DNA from: a bacterium
Lineage (GTDB): Bacteria > Zhuqueibacterota > Zhuqueibacteria > Oceanimicrobiales > Oceanimicrobiaceae
Assembly (NCBI GenBank): GCA_046758365.1
Contig: JBHIAC010000018.1
Span: 1-36,571 of the forward strand
Length of the DNA stretch: 36,571 nt
Direction of reading: 5' to 3'
Translations under genes and position numbers: made by a program
Notes under the pieces: model-generated
The model's input: the letters and a program-made list of their open reading frames with translations, nothing else
Database searches by the model: none
Told to the model about the DNA's origin: nothing
Part shown: one piece after another, positions 1 to 9,256 of the stretch
Position numbering within the stretch: position 1 is the stretch's first letter
How the letters are laid out: each line of letters opens with the position of its first letter

Positions 1-133
1 AAGCCATTTGAGATTTGCTTAATTGTCGGCATTTGAAAACTTAATCAGGTTCCAAAGAAAAGTCAGCTAACAGTCTAAATGTAATCAAAATTGTTGAATA
101 AAGCAACTTCAATAACCTAATTTTAGTTTGAAT

Positions 134-598
134 TCAAGGTTCTAAATAATCTAATTTTCCCGCCATCAAGGCAATAGGATCCATTCCTTTAAGACTACAA
201 ATTTGCCCATGAACTACTTCAAACCATCCGTCTTTTATCATTCTTTCCGATATTTGTCTATATGTAAATGTGGGTACGATATCCATATTTATGATGACCT
301 TATCAACTAAGTCATGTACCATTCCAACTTTCTCCGTTTCAAGAACTTTATGTATTTCATCCAAGCACAAATCCATCATCTGTTCCGGAGTAATGTTCGG
401 TGTAAGTGCATTTTTGTTGTGCGTAGGAATTGAATCAAGCGAAGTAATTGGCTTCGATGTTTTTGAACCGTCATCCAATGTAAAATGAACGGTCTTTTTT
501 TCAGGCGTTACTTCGATGTAATTTCTTTGATAGCAACAGTGTTTATATTTCTTTCCCGATCCGCAAGGACAAGGATCGTTTCTACGAATCCTACTCAT
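134..598 (-). CDS. SEC-C motif domain protein
   Basis: N-terminal RNDPCPCGSGKKYKHCC SEC-C metal-binding motif; remainder unrecognised. Confidence 0.85.
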   Translation of the reverse strand: MSRIRRNDPCPCGSGKKYKHCCYQRNYIEVTPEKKTVHFTLDDGSKTSKPITSLDSIPTHNKNALTPNITPEQMMDLCLDEIHKVLETEKVGMVHDLVDKVIINMDIVPTFTYRQISERMIKDGWFEVVHGQICSLKGMDPIALMAGKLDYLEP

Positions 599-629
599 TT
601 GATTCCTTATGTGTCCTTCTTAACTCCAC

Positions 630-888
630 AGCTAACGAGACTGTCGAAAAAGCCTAAGATGTTACTGCGAGGAATGCCAATGACGACACAGTCCCCTTGA
701 TTTAGGCACAGAATCTGGAGATTACTTCGTCACTTCGTTCCTCGTAATGACAAGAAGGGAACTTTTTCGATTGTCTCAACGGTGCGGTTGCGGGCCACTG
801 AACCTTGAATTACCACCAAACTGTCCGCGAAGCTCCGAAGCCAGAAATTCGCACCAGCGGTAGCATCCGCTGCAGCCGATTGTTAGCG
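630..888 (-). repeat. Degenerate attC-like integron cassette site interrupted by the MITE
   Basis: Minus strand begins CGCTAACAATCGGCTGCAGCGG and ends GTTAGCT (RYYYAAC...GTTRRRY-like boxes); lies between two minus-strand small genes. Confidence 0.45.
637..777. mobile_element. MITE/REP-like palindromic element, copy 1
   Basis: Imperfect terminal inverted repeats GAGACTGTCGAAAAAG (637-652) / CTTTTTCGATTGTCTC (762-777), flanked on both sides by AAC (634-636, 778-780); internal GAGATTACTTCGTC...CCTCGTAATGACAA shared with 1871..2005. Confidence 0.65.
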
Positions 889-936
889 TAATGACCTGCA
901 CCAAACGTTGCCGTGTTCACTCACTTATCTGATATT

Positions 937-1134
937 CTAAGCTGCTACGGTCTCGTAAGAGAAGTCTAGTTTTCCAGTTGACGCTTTTGCGTGTTCAATG
1001 GTGAGACTAATAACCTTCCCATCAGAATCAAGATCAACATAGAGGTTTTCAGTCAGTTCTTTAGTTTCAGCGACATTAGAATCTGACAACTCGACATGAA
1101 GCGTATCAGTGTCCTCAAAATATTTGACTTTCAT
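937..1134 (-). CDS. DUF2283-family protein, putative antitoxin
   Basis: MKVKYFEDTDTLHVEL...LYVDLDSDGKVISLTIEHA pattern; directly abuts the upstream toxin-like gene. Confidence 0.75.
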   Translation of the reverse strand: MKVKYFEDTDTLHVELSDSNVAETKELTENLYVDLDSDGKVISLTIEHAKASTGKLDFSYETVAA

Positions 1135-1374
1135 TTAATCATCTCCTTTGAAAGCTCTATCAAAGAATGCATTGTGTACAGTTTCACCATCCTCTAGTAA
1201 AATTACTCTCAAGTATTTATTCACCTCCTCTATTCTGCCCCAAACTTTAATTCGCCCGTCAGATTGAACTTCTTTACGAAGAGGGGAGTTTATGACCTTC
1301 TGAATCCACTCATCTTTAATGTCTTTCCGATCCGGTTGTTTCCTTCTGAAATCAAAATATTTTGTTGTCTTCAT
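1135..1374 (-). CDS. DUF4258/BrnT-like putative toxin
   Basis: 79 aa, EWIQKVINSP...QSDGRIKVWG...YLRVILLEDGETVHNAFFDR; paired with the DUF2283 gene. Confidence 0.65.
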   Translation of the reverse strand: MKTTKYFDFRRKQPDRKDIKDEWIQKVINSPLRKEVQSDGRIKVWGRIEEVNKYLRVILLEDGETVHNAFFDRAFKGDD

Positions 1375-1870
1375 AAGAACTTAGCATTAGTGAACTCACG
1401 ATCCCCTTTTCTTGCACCACTATGGGGTTAGGGACTTAGTCGGGGTGGAGCCAGGCCTGCAGTCACGGCCGTGATGGCTGCGGGACTCGAACCCAACCCC
1501 CGATAGATTAGCTGGCCCCGTCCTCCGAACTTAAGTGAGTCAATCCTCCTACTATTTTATTTATTGCTTGCTTCGTCGTCATGATGGTGGCGTTCGGTAA
1601 TTTGTAGCGCTAACATAATATTCGGCTGTCTGAATTATGATTTTTTTATTCCCAATATTAGGAACAAAAAAATGGTTATTATTAGGAAGTTTTCAAGTTG
1701 GAGCCTTTTGATAAAAGTTCCTAATATTAGACATTTCAGATTTCATGTTTTAATCATTCTATTTTTCAGTCCTAACGTAAAAATTTTTCTTAATATGTTA
1801 AATTGTTGCAAAATAGTCAAGTAAAAAATGTTTCGCAGAGTAATACCTCAGTCTTGGTGAGCCTATCAAT

Positions 1871-2005
1871 CGGGGGCTGTCTAAAAAGTGCATGTCATTG
1901 CGAGCGAAGCGAAGCAATCTCCAGATTCTGTGCGTGAAATTAGGAGATTACTTCGTCGCTACGCTCCTCGTAATGACAATTTCCCTCTTTTTTGGACAAC
2001 CCCCG
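1871..2005. mobile_element. MITE/REP-like palindromic element, copy 2
   Basis: TIR CGGGGGCTGTCTAAAAAG / CTTTTTTGGACAACCCCCG; internal GTCATTGCGAGCGAAGCGAAGCAATCTCC...GGAGATTACTTCGTCGCTACGCTCCTCGTAATGAC hairpin. Confidence 0.7.
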
Positions 2006-2061
2006 AGCGTGTAGGAAACCTCGCTGTAACTGAGGTTATACTTTATAAACCGCCAAAGGTT

Positions 2062-2090
2062 TTGCATTTGACGGTTTTTTTATTTATATT
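2062..2090 (+). promoter_or_regulatory. Putative sigma70 promoter for selB
   Basis: TTGCAT-17 nt-TATATT, about 75 nt upstream of the selB start. Confidence 0.4.
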
Positions 2091-2164
2091 TTTTGTTATA
2101 ACAATCTGCATTAATTCTATTTAATGATGATGGAAATTAATCATTCTTTTTAGATGGAATTTCA

Positions 2165-4069
2165 ATGACACATATAATAATAGGCACGGCCGGTCACATT
2201 GATCATGGAAAGACCGCGCTGGTGAAAGCATTGACGGGCGTGGATACCGATCGCTTAAAAGAAGAAAAAGAGCGTGGTCTCACCATTGACTTAGGATTTG
2301 CTCATTTCGGCGAAAAAGCCACTATCATAGACGTCCCGGGACATGAAAAGTTTATACGGAATATGGTAGCTGGAGTTAGTACTATCGATTTTGTGCTGTT
2401 TGTGGTAGCCGCTGATGATGGCGTTATGCCTCAATCCCGAGAACATCTTGATATATTAAAAATTTTACAGGTCAAACATGGAATTATCGTGATTACTAAA
2501 ATGGATTTGGTTGATGAGGAGTGGTTAAGCCTCGTTAAAGAAGATGTACGCAATTTAGTTCAAGGCTCATTTTTAAAAGAGGCTCCTATAATCGCTGTCT
2601 CATCGACTACCGGAAAAGGCGTCTCCGAGTTAAAATCAACAATTGAAGCCTATCTTCAGAGAATTCAACGCAAGCAGGACACTGAAATATTCTGGATGCC
2701 TGTGGACCGTTCCTTTACCATGAAAGGATTTGGTACGGTGGTAACGGGCTCGGTGCTTTCTGGTCGCGCCCAAGTGGGGGATAGTTTAGAACTTTTGCCC
2801 AAAAGAAAAATTGTAAAAATCCGGGGACTCCAAAGCCACGGTCATGCTGTGGAAAAAGTGACCACAGGAGATCGTGCAGCCATCAATCTGCAGGCTATCG
2901 ATAAAGACCAGGTACAGCGAGGGGACGTTTTGGCCACACCCAATTATTTCACACCGTCCCAGCGATTTGATGGACATCTGCAGCTCTTGGAATCTGCACC
3001 GAGAGCCTTAAAACCTCGAACTCGAGTGCGACTTCATGTTGGAACTACTGAAGTCATGGCCCGAATCATGCCTCTTAAAGTCTTAAAAGTTGCACCAGGA
3101 GAAAGCGCTTATGTACAATTTCAGGTCGAAAGACCAGCCGTAGCCCGACGTTTAGACCCATTTGTAATTCGGCAATACTCTCCCACGATCACCATTGGCG
3201 GTGGTGTCATAATAGATGCCAATGCTTCGCGGCACAAAACTTCCGACCCATCGGTTATGCAAATTTTGCATGCCTTAGAAAAAGAGAATCCAAGAGAAGT
3301 CATAGAGGGAATAATTTTCTCCACTGATTTTTCCCTGCAAACCCTCGAACAACTATCTTCTGTAACTGCCACTTCAAAAGAGACTGTACAGCAGCTTTTA
3401 GATGAATTAGAAAAGGAACATAAACTCATCTATCTGAAAAAAGAAGGGCAAAAGGCAGTCGTTCATGCAAAAAATTTTAGAGAACTTAAAGACCTCCTAG
3501 TGAGAGAGCTTAGGGAATTTCATAAACAAAATCCTACTAAGTTAGGCATTAGCAAGGCAGAACTTCATAAAATTTTGAAACAAAGGATAGAGCAGGATTT
3601 GTTGAACTTCACATTGGAGGATTTAAAGAATAACAATCAGTTAACGGAAACATCAGGGCTCATAAGCTTGAAAGATTATGAAATATCTCTTTCACCGGAA
3701 CAACAACAGTTAAGAAAAAAGATTGAACAGCTCCTTTTTAATGAACGATATGCCACATCCTCAGAAAAAGAAATGGCAGAAAAGTTCTCTGTAAAACCCC
3801 ATTTAGTTCAGGAAGTGCTGACCCTTATGATAGGATTAGGCGAAGTGATTCGAGTAGAAAGCAGCATCTATTTTCATACAAACCGAGTTAAAGAAGCTAA
3901 AGAAAAAGTAGTATCTTTTTTGAATAAAAACAAAGAAATGACTGTTAGTCAATTTAAAGACTTATTAGAGGGAACCAGTCGCAAATACGCCATGCCTCTA
4001 TTGAATTATTTTGATGGGATTGGTGTTACCAAACGCGTTGAGGATGTCCGCATTTTAGGAAATAGATAG
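2165..4069 (+). CDS. selB: Selenocysteine-specific translation elongation factor SelB
   Basis: [27 protein letters not shown] GTPase motifs; C-terminal winged-helix [18 protein letters not shown]-binding motif. Confidence 0.97.
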   Translation: MTHIIIGTAGHIDHGKTALVKALTGVDTDRLKEEKERGLTIDLGFAHFGEKATIIDVPGHEKFIRNMVAGVSTIDFVLFVVAADDGVMPQSREHLDILKILQVKHGIIVITKMDLVDEEWLSLVKEDVRNLVQGSFLKEAPIIAVSSTTGKGVSELKSTIEAYLQRIQRKQDTEIFWMPVDRSFTMKGFGTVVTGSVLSGRAQVGDSLELLPKRKIVKIRGLQSHGHAVEKVTTGDRAAINLQAIDKDQVQRGDVLATPNYFTPSQRFDGHLQLLESAPRALKPRTRVRLHVGTTEVMARIMPLKVLKVAPGESAYVQFQVERPAVARRLDPFVIRQYSPTITIGGGVIIDANASRHKTSDPSVMQILHALEKENPREVIEGIIFSTDFSLQTLEQLSSVTATSKETVQQLLDELEKEHKLIYLKKEGQKAVVHAKNFRELKDLLVRELREFHKQNPTKLGISKAELHKILKQRIEQDLLNFTLEDLKNNNQLTETSGLISLKDYEISLSPEQQQLRKKIEQLLFNERYATSSEKEMAEKFSVKPHLVQEVLTLMIGLGEVIRVESSIYFHTNRVKEAKEKVVSFLNKNKEMTVSQFKDLLEGTSRKYAMPLLNYFDGIGVTKRVEDVRILGNR

Positions 4070-4078
4070 AATTAATAA

Positions 4079-4137
4079 ATGACGTTGGTGCAAAAACAGG
4101 ATAATTTCAATTTTAAGCAATTTTGCACCTACGTCAT
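4079..4137. repeat. Inverted repeat downstream of selB
   Basis: ATGACGTTGGTGCAAAA (4079-4095) / TTTTGCACCTACGTCAT (4121-4137). Confidence 0.55.
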
Positions 4138-4225
4138 AAACAAATAAAAATTCTCTTGATAGTTTCTGAAAAAATTGTAATCTTTAATTGTAGTCTATCA
4201 CAGGATTAAAAGATATCATTTTGGG

Positions 4226-4316
4226 GGCCACAGAAACAGAAATCCTACAGAAATGATTTGTAAAAAATATCTTTAATCCTATTTCTTATTTCTGTGGGAT
4301 TTCCATTTCAGTGGGC
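4226..4316. repeat. REP-like long palindrome between selB and selD
   Basis: GCCACAGAAACAGAAATCCTACAGAAAT ... ATTTCTGTGGGATTTCCATTTCAGTGGGC. Confidence 0.5.
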
Positions 4317-4359
4317 ATTTTCTTCTCATGAATAAAGGAAGCAAGATTAAATAAATTTT

Positions 4360-5436
4360 ATGAGTAACAAAACTAAAGAAGAAATTTTTCGCTTAACCCA
4401 CACCGTCGCTTGCGCTGGTTGAGCCTCTAAACTCAGCCCAACGGAGTTGCGGCAAGTTTTGGATAAACTACCTAAACCTGAGCATCCCGATTTGTTGGTT
4501 GGCATCAATACTATCGACGATGCCGGGGTGTTTAGGCTGAATGATGAACTGGCGCTCGTCCAGACGGTAGACTTTTTTACGCCCATTGTCGATGATCCTT
4601 ACACCTTTGGAGCCATTGCGGCTGCCAATTCTCTATCCGATGTTTATGCCATGGGAGGCGAACCAGTTACGGCCTTAAATATCGTCTGCTACCCAAAATC
4701 TACAATAAAAACAGATATTTTATCAGAAATTTTGAGAGGTGGACATGATAAAGCCATCGAAGCCGGCTGTCTAATCGTAGGGGGGCATTCCGTTGAAGAC
4801 AATGAAATGAAATACGGTTTGGCGGTTACTGGCAAAATACATCCGCAAAAGCTATTAACCAATGCAAATGCTCAGCCTGGCGATGCTTTGATTTTGACTA
4901 AACCACTGGGTACGGGAATTATTACCACCGCGTTTAAACTTGGTACTATATCTGATGAACTTTATCGAGAAGTCACTGAATCAATGCTAATGCTTAACCG
5001 CATCCCTTCAAAGCTTGCGGTAGAGTTTGGGGCTCATGCTTGTACTGATATTACCGGATTTGGTTTATTAGGTCATGTATGGGGCATGGCCAAAGTTAGT
5101 GAGGTAGGCTTAGTGTTTTATTCTTCCAACATTCCCACTTTTTCAGGAGTAGAGGAACTGGCATCTAAGGGCTATCTGACCCGGGGAGATGTGACCAATC
5201 GTCAATATTTGGAAGGACACATCCAACTGGATGAAAATATCTCTGAAGATTTAATCCGAGTGCTTTACGATCCTCAAACCTCGGGTGGACTGCTAATTTC
5301 TATTTCGGTGGAAATTGTTGAAGAATTTGTAGATGAGCTTAAAAAGCAAGAAGTTCCTTCAGCTCAAATAGTGGGTCGAGTAACTAAAGAAAATCCAGGC
5401 AAAATTTTAGTACTAAATGGGCAGGGTACATTGTGA
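4360..5436 (+). CDS. selD: Selenide, water dikinase SelD; selenoprotein with Sec at codon 21
   Basis: ATG 4360 is in frame with ORF 4447: MSNKTKEEIFRLTHTVACAG-U(TGA 4420-4422)-ASKLSP, matching the C-x-G-U-x-x-K active site; DDAGV, QTVDFFTPIVDDPY, DITGFGLLGH, DPQTSGGLL motifs. Confidence 0.95.
4429..4459 (+). promoter_or_regulatory. Bacterial SECIS hairpin of selD
   Basis: AAACT-C-AGCC-CAAC-GGA-GTTG-C-GGC-A-AGTTT; G-starting apical loop 20 nt after the UGA. Confidence 0.7.
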
Positions 5437-5542
5437 ATAGGTAGGCGCCTGCCTGTCCCGATACTTTAATCACTTGTAACCTTCACGATCTTCAAATCCG
5501 AATCCCAAAAATGTAATCATTTATTTTTATTAAGTTAATATA

Positions 5543-6325
5543 ATGCAACCTATTTTATTTCAAATAGATTCAATAGTAATCTCATCATTCGCATTTATGT
5601 TTAGTATGGCCTTTCTTATTGGTTCATCGATTTTTCTTATACTCGGTTGGAAAAATAATTTACCCATAAATAAACTATTAGGATTGGTAATTTGTGTTAA
5701 TATTTCAGCGATTGTAGGATCGAGGATGCTTTTTGTTTTGAACAACTTTTCACAGTTTCAATCTAACCCATGGCGAATTTTCAGCATTAGCCCAGGGGGG
5801 TATGCTTTTTATGGAGGATTTCTATTTACATTTTTGACTTTGGTCTTGTATATAAAGATTAACCAATTGTCTTTTTGGGAAATCCTTGATCTTGGTTCAC
5901 CTTCTTTAGCTATAAGTATGTCAATCATTAAAATGGGCTGTTTTTTAGCAGGATGTTGTTACGGCAAAGAAACGACTCCGGGAATTGGAATTCAATTTCC
6001 TAAATATAGTATTCCTTCTCTAAATTATGGATTTCCACATTCAATACACCCCTCTCAAATCTATGCTTCGGTTTATGGCCTATTTATCTTAATTGTTCTT
6101 TTATGGATTTGTAAAAGCAGACGATTTGCAGGGCAAGTGTTCCTGAGTTTTATCATTCTATTTTCATTAGAAAGGATGCTCAATTTAACTCAACGCGGTG
6201 ATATATCCAATGATATGTTGTTTGGGTTCCCCCAGTCGCAATTATTCGGTGCTATATTTTTTATTATTGCTTTAGTTGCTTGGTTTAGATTAAGTAAAAA
6301 AAGTTATCGAACTCTGATAAAATAA
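5543..6325 (+). CDS. Divergent prolipoprotein diacylglyceryl transferase (Lgt family)
   Basis: Multi-TM; GGYAFYGG, KMGCFLAGCCYG, HPSQIY motifs, with several canonical residues substituted. Confidence 0.8.
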   Translation: MQPILFQIDSIVISSFAFMFSMAFLIGSSIFLILGWKNNLPINKLLGLVICVNISAIVGSRMLFVLNNFSQFQSNPWRIFSISPGGYAFYGGFLFTFLTLVLYIKINQLSFWEILDLGSPSLAISMSIIKMGCFLAGCCYGKETTPGIGIQFPKYSIPSLNYGFPHSIHPSQIYASVYGLFILIVLLWICKSRRFAGQVFLSFIILFSLERMLNLTQRGDISNDMLFGFPQSQLFGAIFFIIALVAWFRLSKKSYRTLIK

Positions 6326-6738
6326 TAGCGAATTTTATAGCCAGAGATAAAAATTCACAAGAGAAATTATCCCTCAGTTTAAAGAGGTTGTGCCTTGTTT
6401 AAAAAATAGACTGAATACTTACTTTATGAAGAAGTCCGCCTTTCTGTAATAGACAAAATCTATTTTATATGCGTTCCCCAAAAAGCTTGACTTTTATAAG
6501 ATAATTGTATAAATTTTAAAAAATTAACATCCTTAGTTGGCTCACCTTCTGCGTTTTATTATCTAGAGCACGTTTCGAATACTAGATTTTCCGGCCTTTA
6601 GTAAGGATTGGAAAAAACCAAATTTTAATCATAGCACCCGGAATTGATTGAAACAATTTGTTCAATTTCTGGTTAAAGTTATACTAATTCATGTGAAAAT
6701 TCATAAGTTAACATAAATAACCAAATAGGAGGTGCAAA

Positions 6739-7239
6739 ATGGAGAATAGAAATTCTATCTTGCTCTTTGTCTGCTTGCTTGCAATCATGGTTATTGGCTC
6801 AGCGCAGTTAGTTTTGGCACAGATTGTGGAGGTGTCCTCTGCCCAACTCACCACGGAGGCTCAAGCCATATACAAGGGAAAAGTCAAAGCTATGAAGAGC
6901 GAATGGAACGATGAAAAAAACTTCATCTGGACTTTTGTCACCCTAGGTGTCTCAGAGACGATTAAAGGTGAAGAGATGAAGGGTAAAGATGTTGAAATAA
7001 AAATTCCAGGTGGCGAAGTCGGTGAGATTGGACAAAAAAGTTCTGATCAAGTAACGTTTGAACAAGGAGAGGAAGCAGTAGTTTTCCTGGGAAAGGAAAA
7101 GTACAAGGAAAAAGAATACTTCAATGTGATACGTATGTTTCTGGGGAAATTCACGGTCAAAGAGGGGAAAATCAAGGATAAACCTTTAGAGTCCTTCTTA
7201 CAGGAGATTAAGCAGGCCTTGGAACAAATAAAGGAATAA
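6739..7239 (+). CDS. Secreted hypothetical protein
   Basis: AGGAGG RBS; signal peptide ending VLA-Q; PGGEVG motif. Confidence 0.75.
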   Translation: MENRNSILLFVCLLAIMVIGSAQLVLAQIVEVSSAQLTTEAQAIYKGKVKAMKSEWNDEKNFIWTFVTLGVSETIKGEEMKGKDVEIKIPGGEVGEIGQKSSDQVTFEQGEEAVVFLGKEKYKEKEYFNVIRMFLGKFTVKEGKIKDKPLESFLQEIKQALEQIKE

Positions 7240-7331
7240 ACTAAGAACCCTGAATACAGTAACATCCAAATGACTACTTGTCCCGGTTACGAAATAGGGA
7301 TATTTTGAAACTAAAATGGAGGGAAGGAAAC

Positions 7332-8078
7332 ATGTTACACGGATCTAAACTTACAATTAGAACGTTATTGATCGTTTGCTGTGGTGTCGCTCTTTTGATT
7401 GTCGGAGTCGTTTTCGCATACGTGCGCAACGGTCAGGATTGGACCTACCAGGCAAATCCCATGGGTGAGAATTACGTAGTATTCGAAAACACCAATGACA
7501 CAACGGGTGAACTTACCGCTATCCAGGCAGCAGCAGCTACCTGGAACGCAGACGCAGCAAAATTTAATTTTACTTACGGCGGTCCTGGAACAAATACAGC
7601 GCCTGTTTTTGATGGGGTCAATCAGATCAGGTGGGGTACCACTTCAGGGTCGCTGGCGACAACAACTTGGTGGTACAATACGAGTACAGGAGATATTACG
7701 GAGACTGATTGTGTTTTTAATGACCCCTCTTATACCTGGAGTACTGCAACCCCAACACCAGCCGGCCAATATGATATCCAAAGCGTGATGCTCCATGAAT
7801 TTGGGCATTTTTTATCTCTGGGCCACTCAACACCCCCGGCAATCATGCAGCCAACCATTCCGTCGGGTACCCAACGTCGAACACTAAACGCTGATGACCA
7901 GAACGGAATTCGAGCAATTTACGGAAAAGTTGGAGGAGGTTGTTCAACTCTTGGCCTTTCAACCGAAGTCGTCTCCCCCGGACCCAGTCAAACTATGGTT
8001 AACGTGTGTCTCCTATTTTCAACGCTGCTCCTGATTCCTGTAGTTCGGGTATTCTCACACAGAAAGAAGACAAACTAA
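7332..8078 (+). CDS. Matrixin (M10) zinc metalloprotease with C-terminal GGGC-TM-basic sorting tag
   Basis: Signal peptide; HEFGHFLSLGHS zinc motif + Met-turn (AIMQP); C-terminus GGGCS...LLFSTLLLIPVVRVFSHRKKTN; ATG 7332 preferred over TTG 7278. Confidence 0.85.
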   Translation: MLHGSKLTIRTLLIVCCGVALLIVGVVFAYVRNGQDWTYQANPMGENYVVFENTNDTTGELTAIQAAAATWNADAAKFNFTYGGPGTNTAPVFDGVNQIRWGTTSGSLATTTWWYNTSTGDITETDCVFNDPSYTWSTATPTPAGQYDIQSVMLHEFGHFLSLGHSTPPAIMQPTIPSGTQRRTLNADDQNGIRAIYGKVGGGCSTLGLSTEVVSPGPSQTMVNVCLLFSTLLLIPVVRVFSHRKKTN

Positions 8079-8109
8079 TCAAGCTGTGATGAATATTTTT
8101 ACCAATTTC

Positions 8110-8138
8110 AGCGGGCAAAGAGATATTCTTTGCCCGCT
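8110..8138 (+). terminator. Rho-independent terminator-like hairpin
   Basis: AGCGGGCAAAGA-GATAT-TCTTTGCCCGCT followed by a T-rich tract. Confidence 0.7.
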
Positions 8139-8325
8139 TATTTATTTGTTGACACACTTTAATGAAATATTATCTTCAGAGTAATTTAAGGGAAAATCAG
8201 GACTCATAGAGATCTGGATATCATTTGGTCGATTCTTATTGGAGAAAAGGTCTGACGATGTACTGAGCCATTGCCAGGCTACTCAATTTTATGGTTGGTC
8301 AATTTATAAGTAGATAACTGAAAAA

Positions 8326-9024
8326 ATGTACCCGTCCACGTTTCGTCAGATTCGATCAGATTCACTCCAAAAAATTAAAACCACTGTTGAAATTTTGGCT
8401 GTTACAGTGATGACGATTGTTCTGCTTCTAATTATTACCAAAAGCAATCTGTTCCGCAAATATTTCGCATATCGACAATCATTTGCTCTCGCTATTTGGA
8501 TTTATATACCCACGCTTGTGATTCTGATACGTGGCAGAAATTTTGAGGACTACGGGATAACGCTGAAAAGATGGAAGAAATCTCTTCAAGAAGTAGGAAT
8601 TTTATCATTGATTGTATTACCACCTTATGTGATTGCTTTTTATATGATTGAGAGTTATTTTAATTCGGCAACATTTAGGCTCACTATCTCAGACGAATTT
8701 CTGGCTAGGACAGTGTTTCTCATATTGTTCATAAGTCTGCCAGAAGAGTATTTCTTCCGCGGGTATTTGCAAACTGAACTTAATAGAGTGTTCGGAAAGA
8801 AACATCGAATGCTTGGGGTCAATTTCGGAATCGGACTGATTTTATCTGCCATAATTTTTGGTTTAGTCCATGCTCTATTGGGAGGTGGTTGGCCCGCTCT
8901 TCTGACCATTTTCTCAGGCTTGCTTTTTGGTTGGCTACGTGAAAAGACCGGGGGTATTCTTGCTCCGACGCTTTTTCATGGGCTTGGTAATGTTGTTTAC
9001 TTAAATTTGCTTGAATCCTTTTAG
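8326..9024 (+). CDS. CPBP (CAAX/Abi) glutamic intramembrane protease, myxosortase/MrtJ-like
   Basis: LPEEYFFRGYLQ, FGLVH, FHGLGN motifs; multi-TM. Confidence 0.88.
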   Translation: MYPSTFRQIRSDSLQKIKTTVEILAVTVMTIVLLLIITKSNLFRKYFAYRQSFALAIWIYIPTLVILIRGRNFEDYGITLKRWKKSLQEVGILSLIVLPPYVIAFYMIESYFNSATFRLTISDEFLARTVFLILFISLPEEYFFRGYLQTELNRVFGKKHRMLGVNFGIGLILSAIIFGLVHALLGGGWPALLTIFSGLLFGWLREKTGGILAPTLFHGLGNVVYLNLLESF

Positions 9025-9026
9025 GA

Positions 9027-9188
9027 AACGCTGCTTCTATGAAACGCTGACCTTCTTTAAGAAGGTTAGCGTTTGTTCCGTTTAGAAAGACGCAAACCTT
9101 TTGAAAAAAGCTCAGCGTCTTTGATTGCTTCTAAGAAAAGCTAACCCCGAATGCTTTTGGGGGCAGCATCTTGACACAGCTTCTAAGG
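9027..9188. repeat. Array of degenerate REP-like hairpins
   Basis: AAACGCTGACCTTC-TTTAA-GAAGGTTAGCGTTT plus two related degenerate hairpins, separated by GCTTCTA(A/T)G. Confidence 0.5.
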
Positions 9189-9256
9189 AAATTTATTATA
9201 GGGAAAACTATCCCTAATTTTCTAATTGTGAATTTCTATTACTTAAGAGATCAAAG

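Noticed and set aside
1470..1500. tRNA on the minus strand (GGGTTCGAGTCCC)
   Set aside because: Only a T-arm-like piece; no acceptor, D or anticodon arms could be built
1776..1803. dif site (ATATGTTAAAT resembles the XerD arm)
   Set aside because: No XerC-arm match at the 6-bp spacing; AT-rich context makes a chance match likely
1888..2124. ORF MHVIASEAKQS...RRYAPRND
   Set aside because: Translation of the palindromic MITE/REP repeat, a common spurious ORF
9027..9188. CRISPR array
   Set aside because: Repeats are degenerate hairpins without constant-length unique spacers; no cas genes in the window
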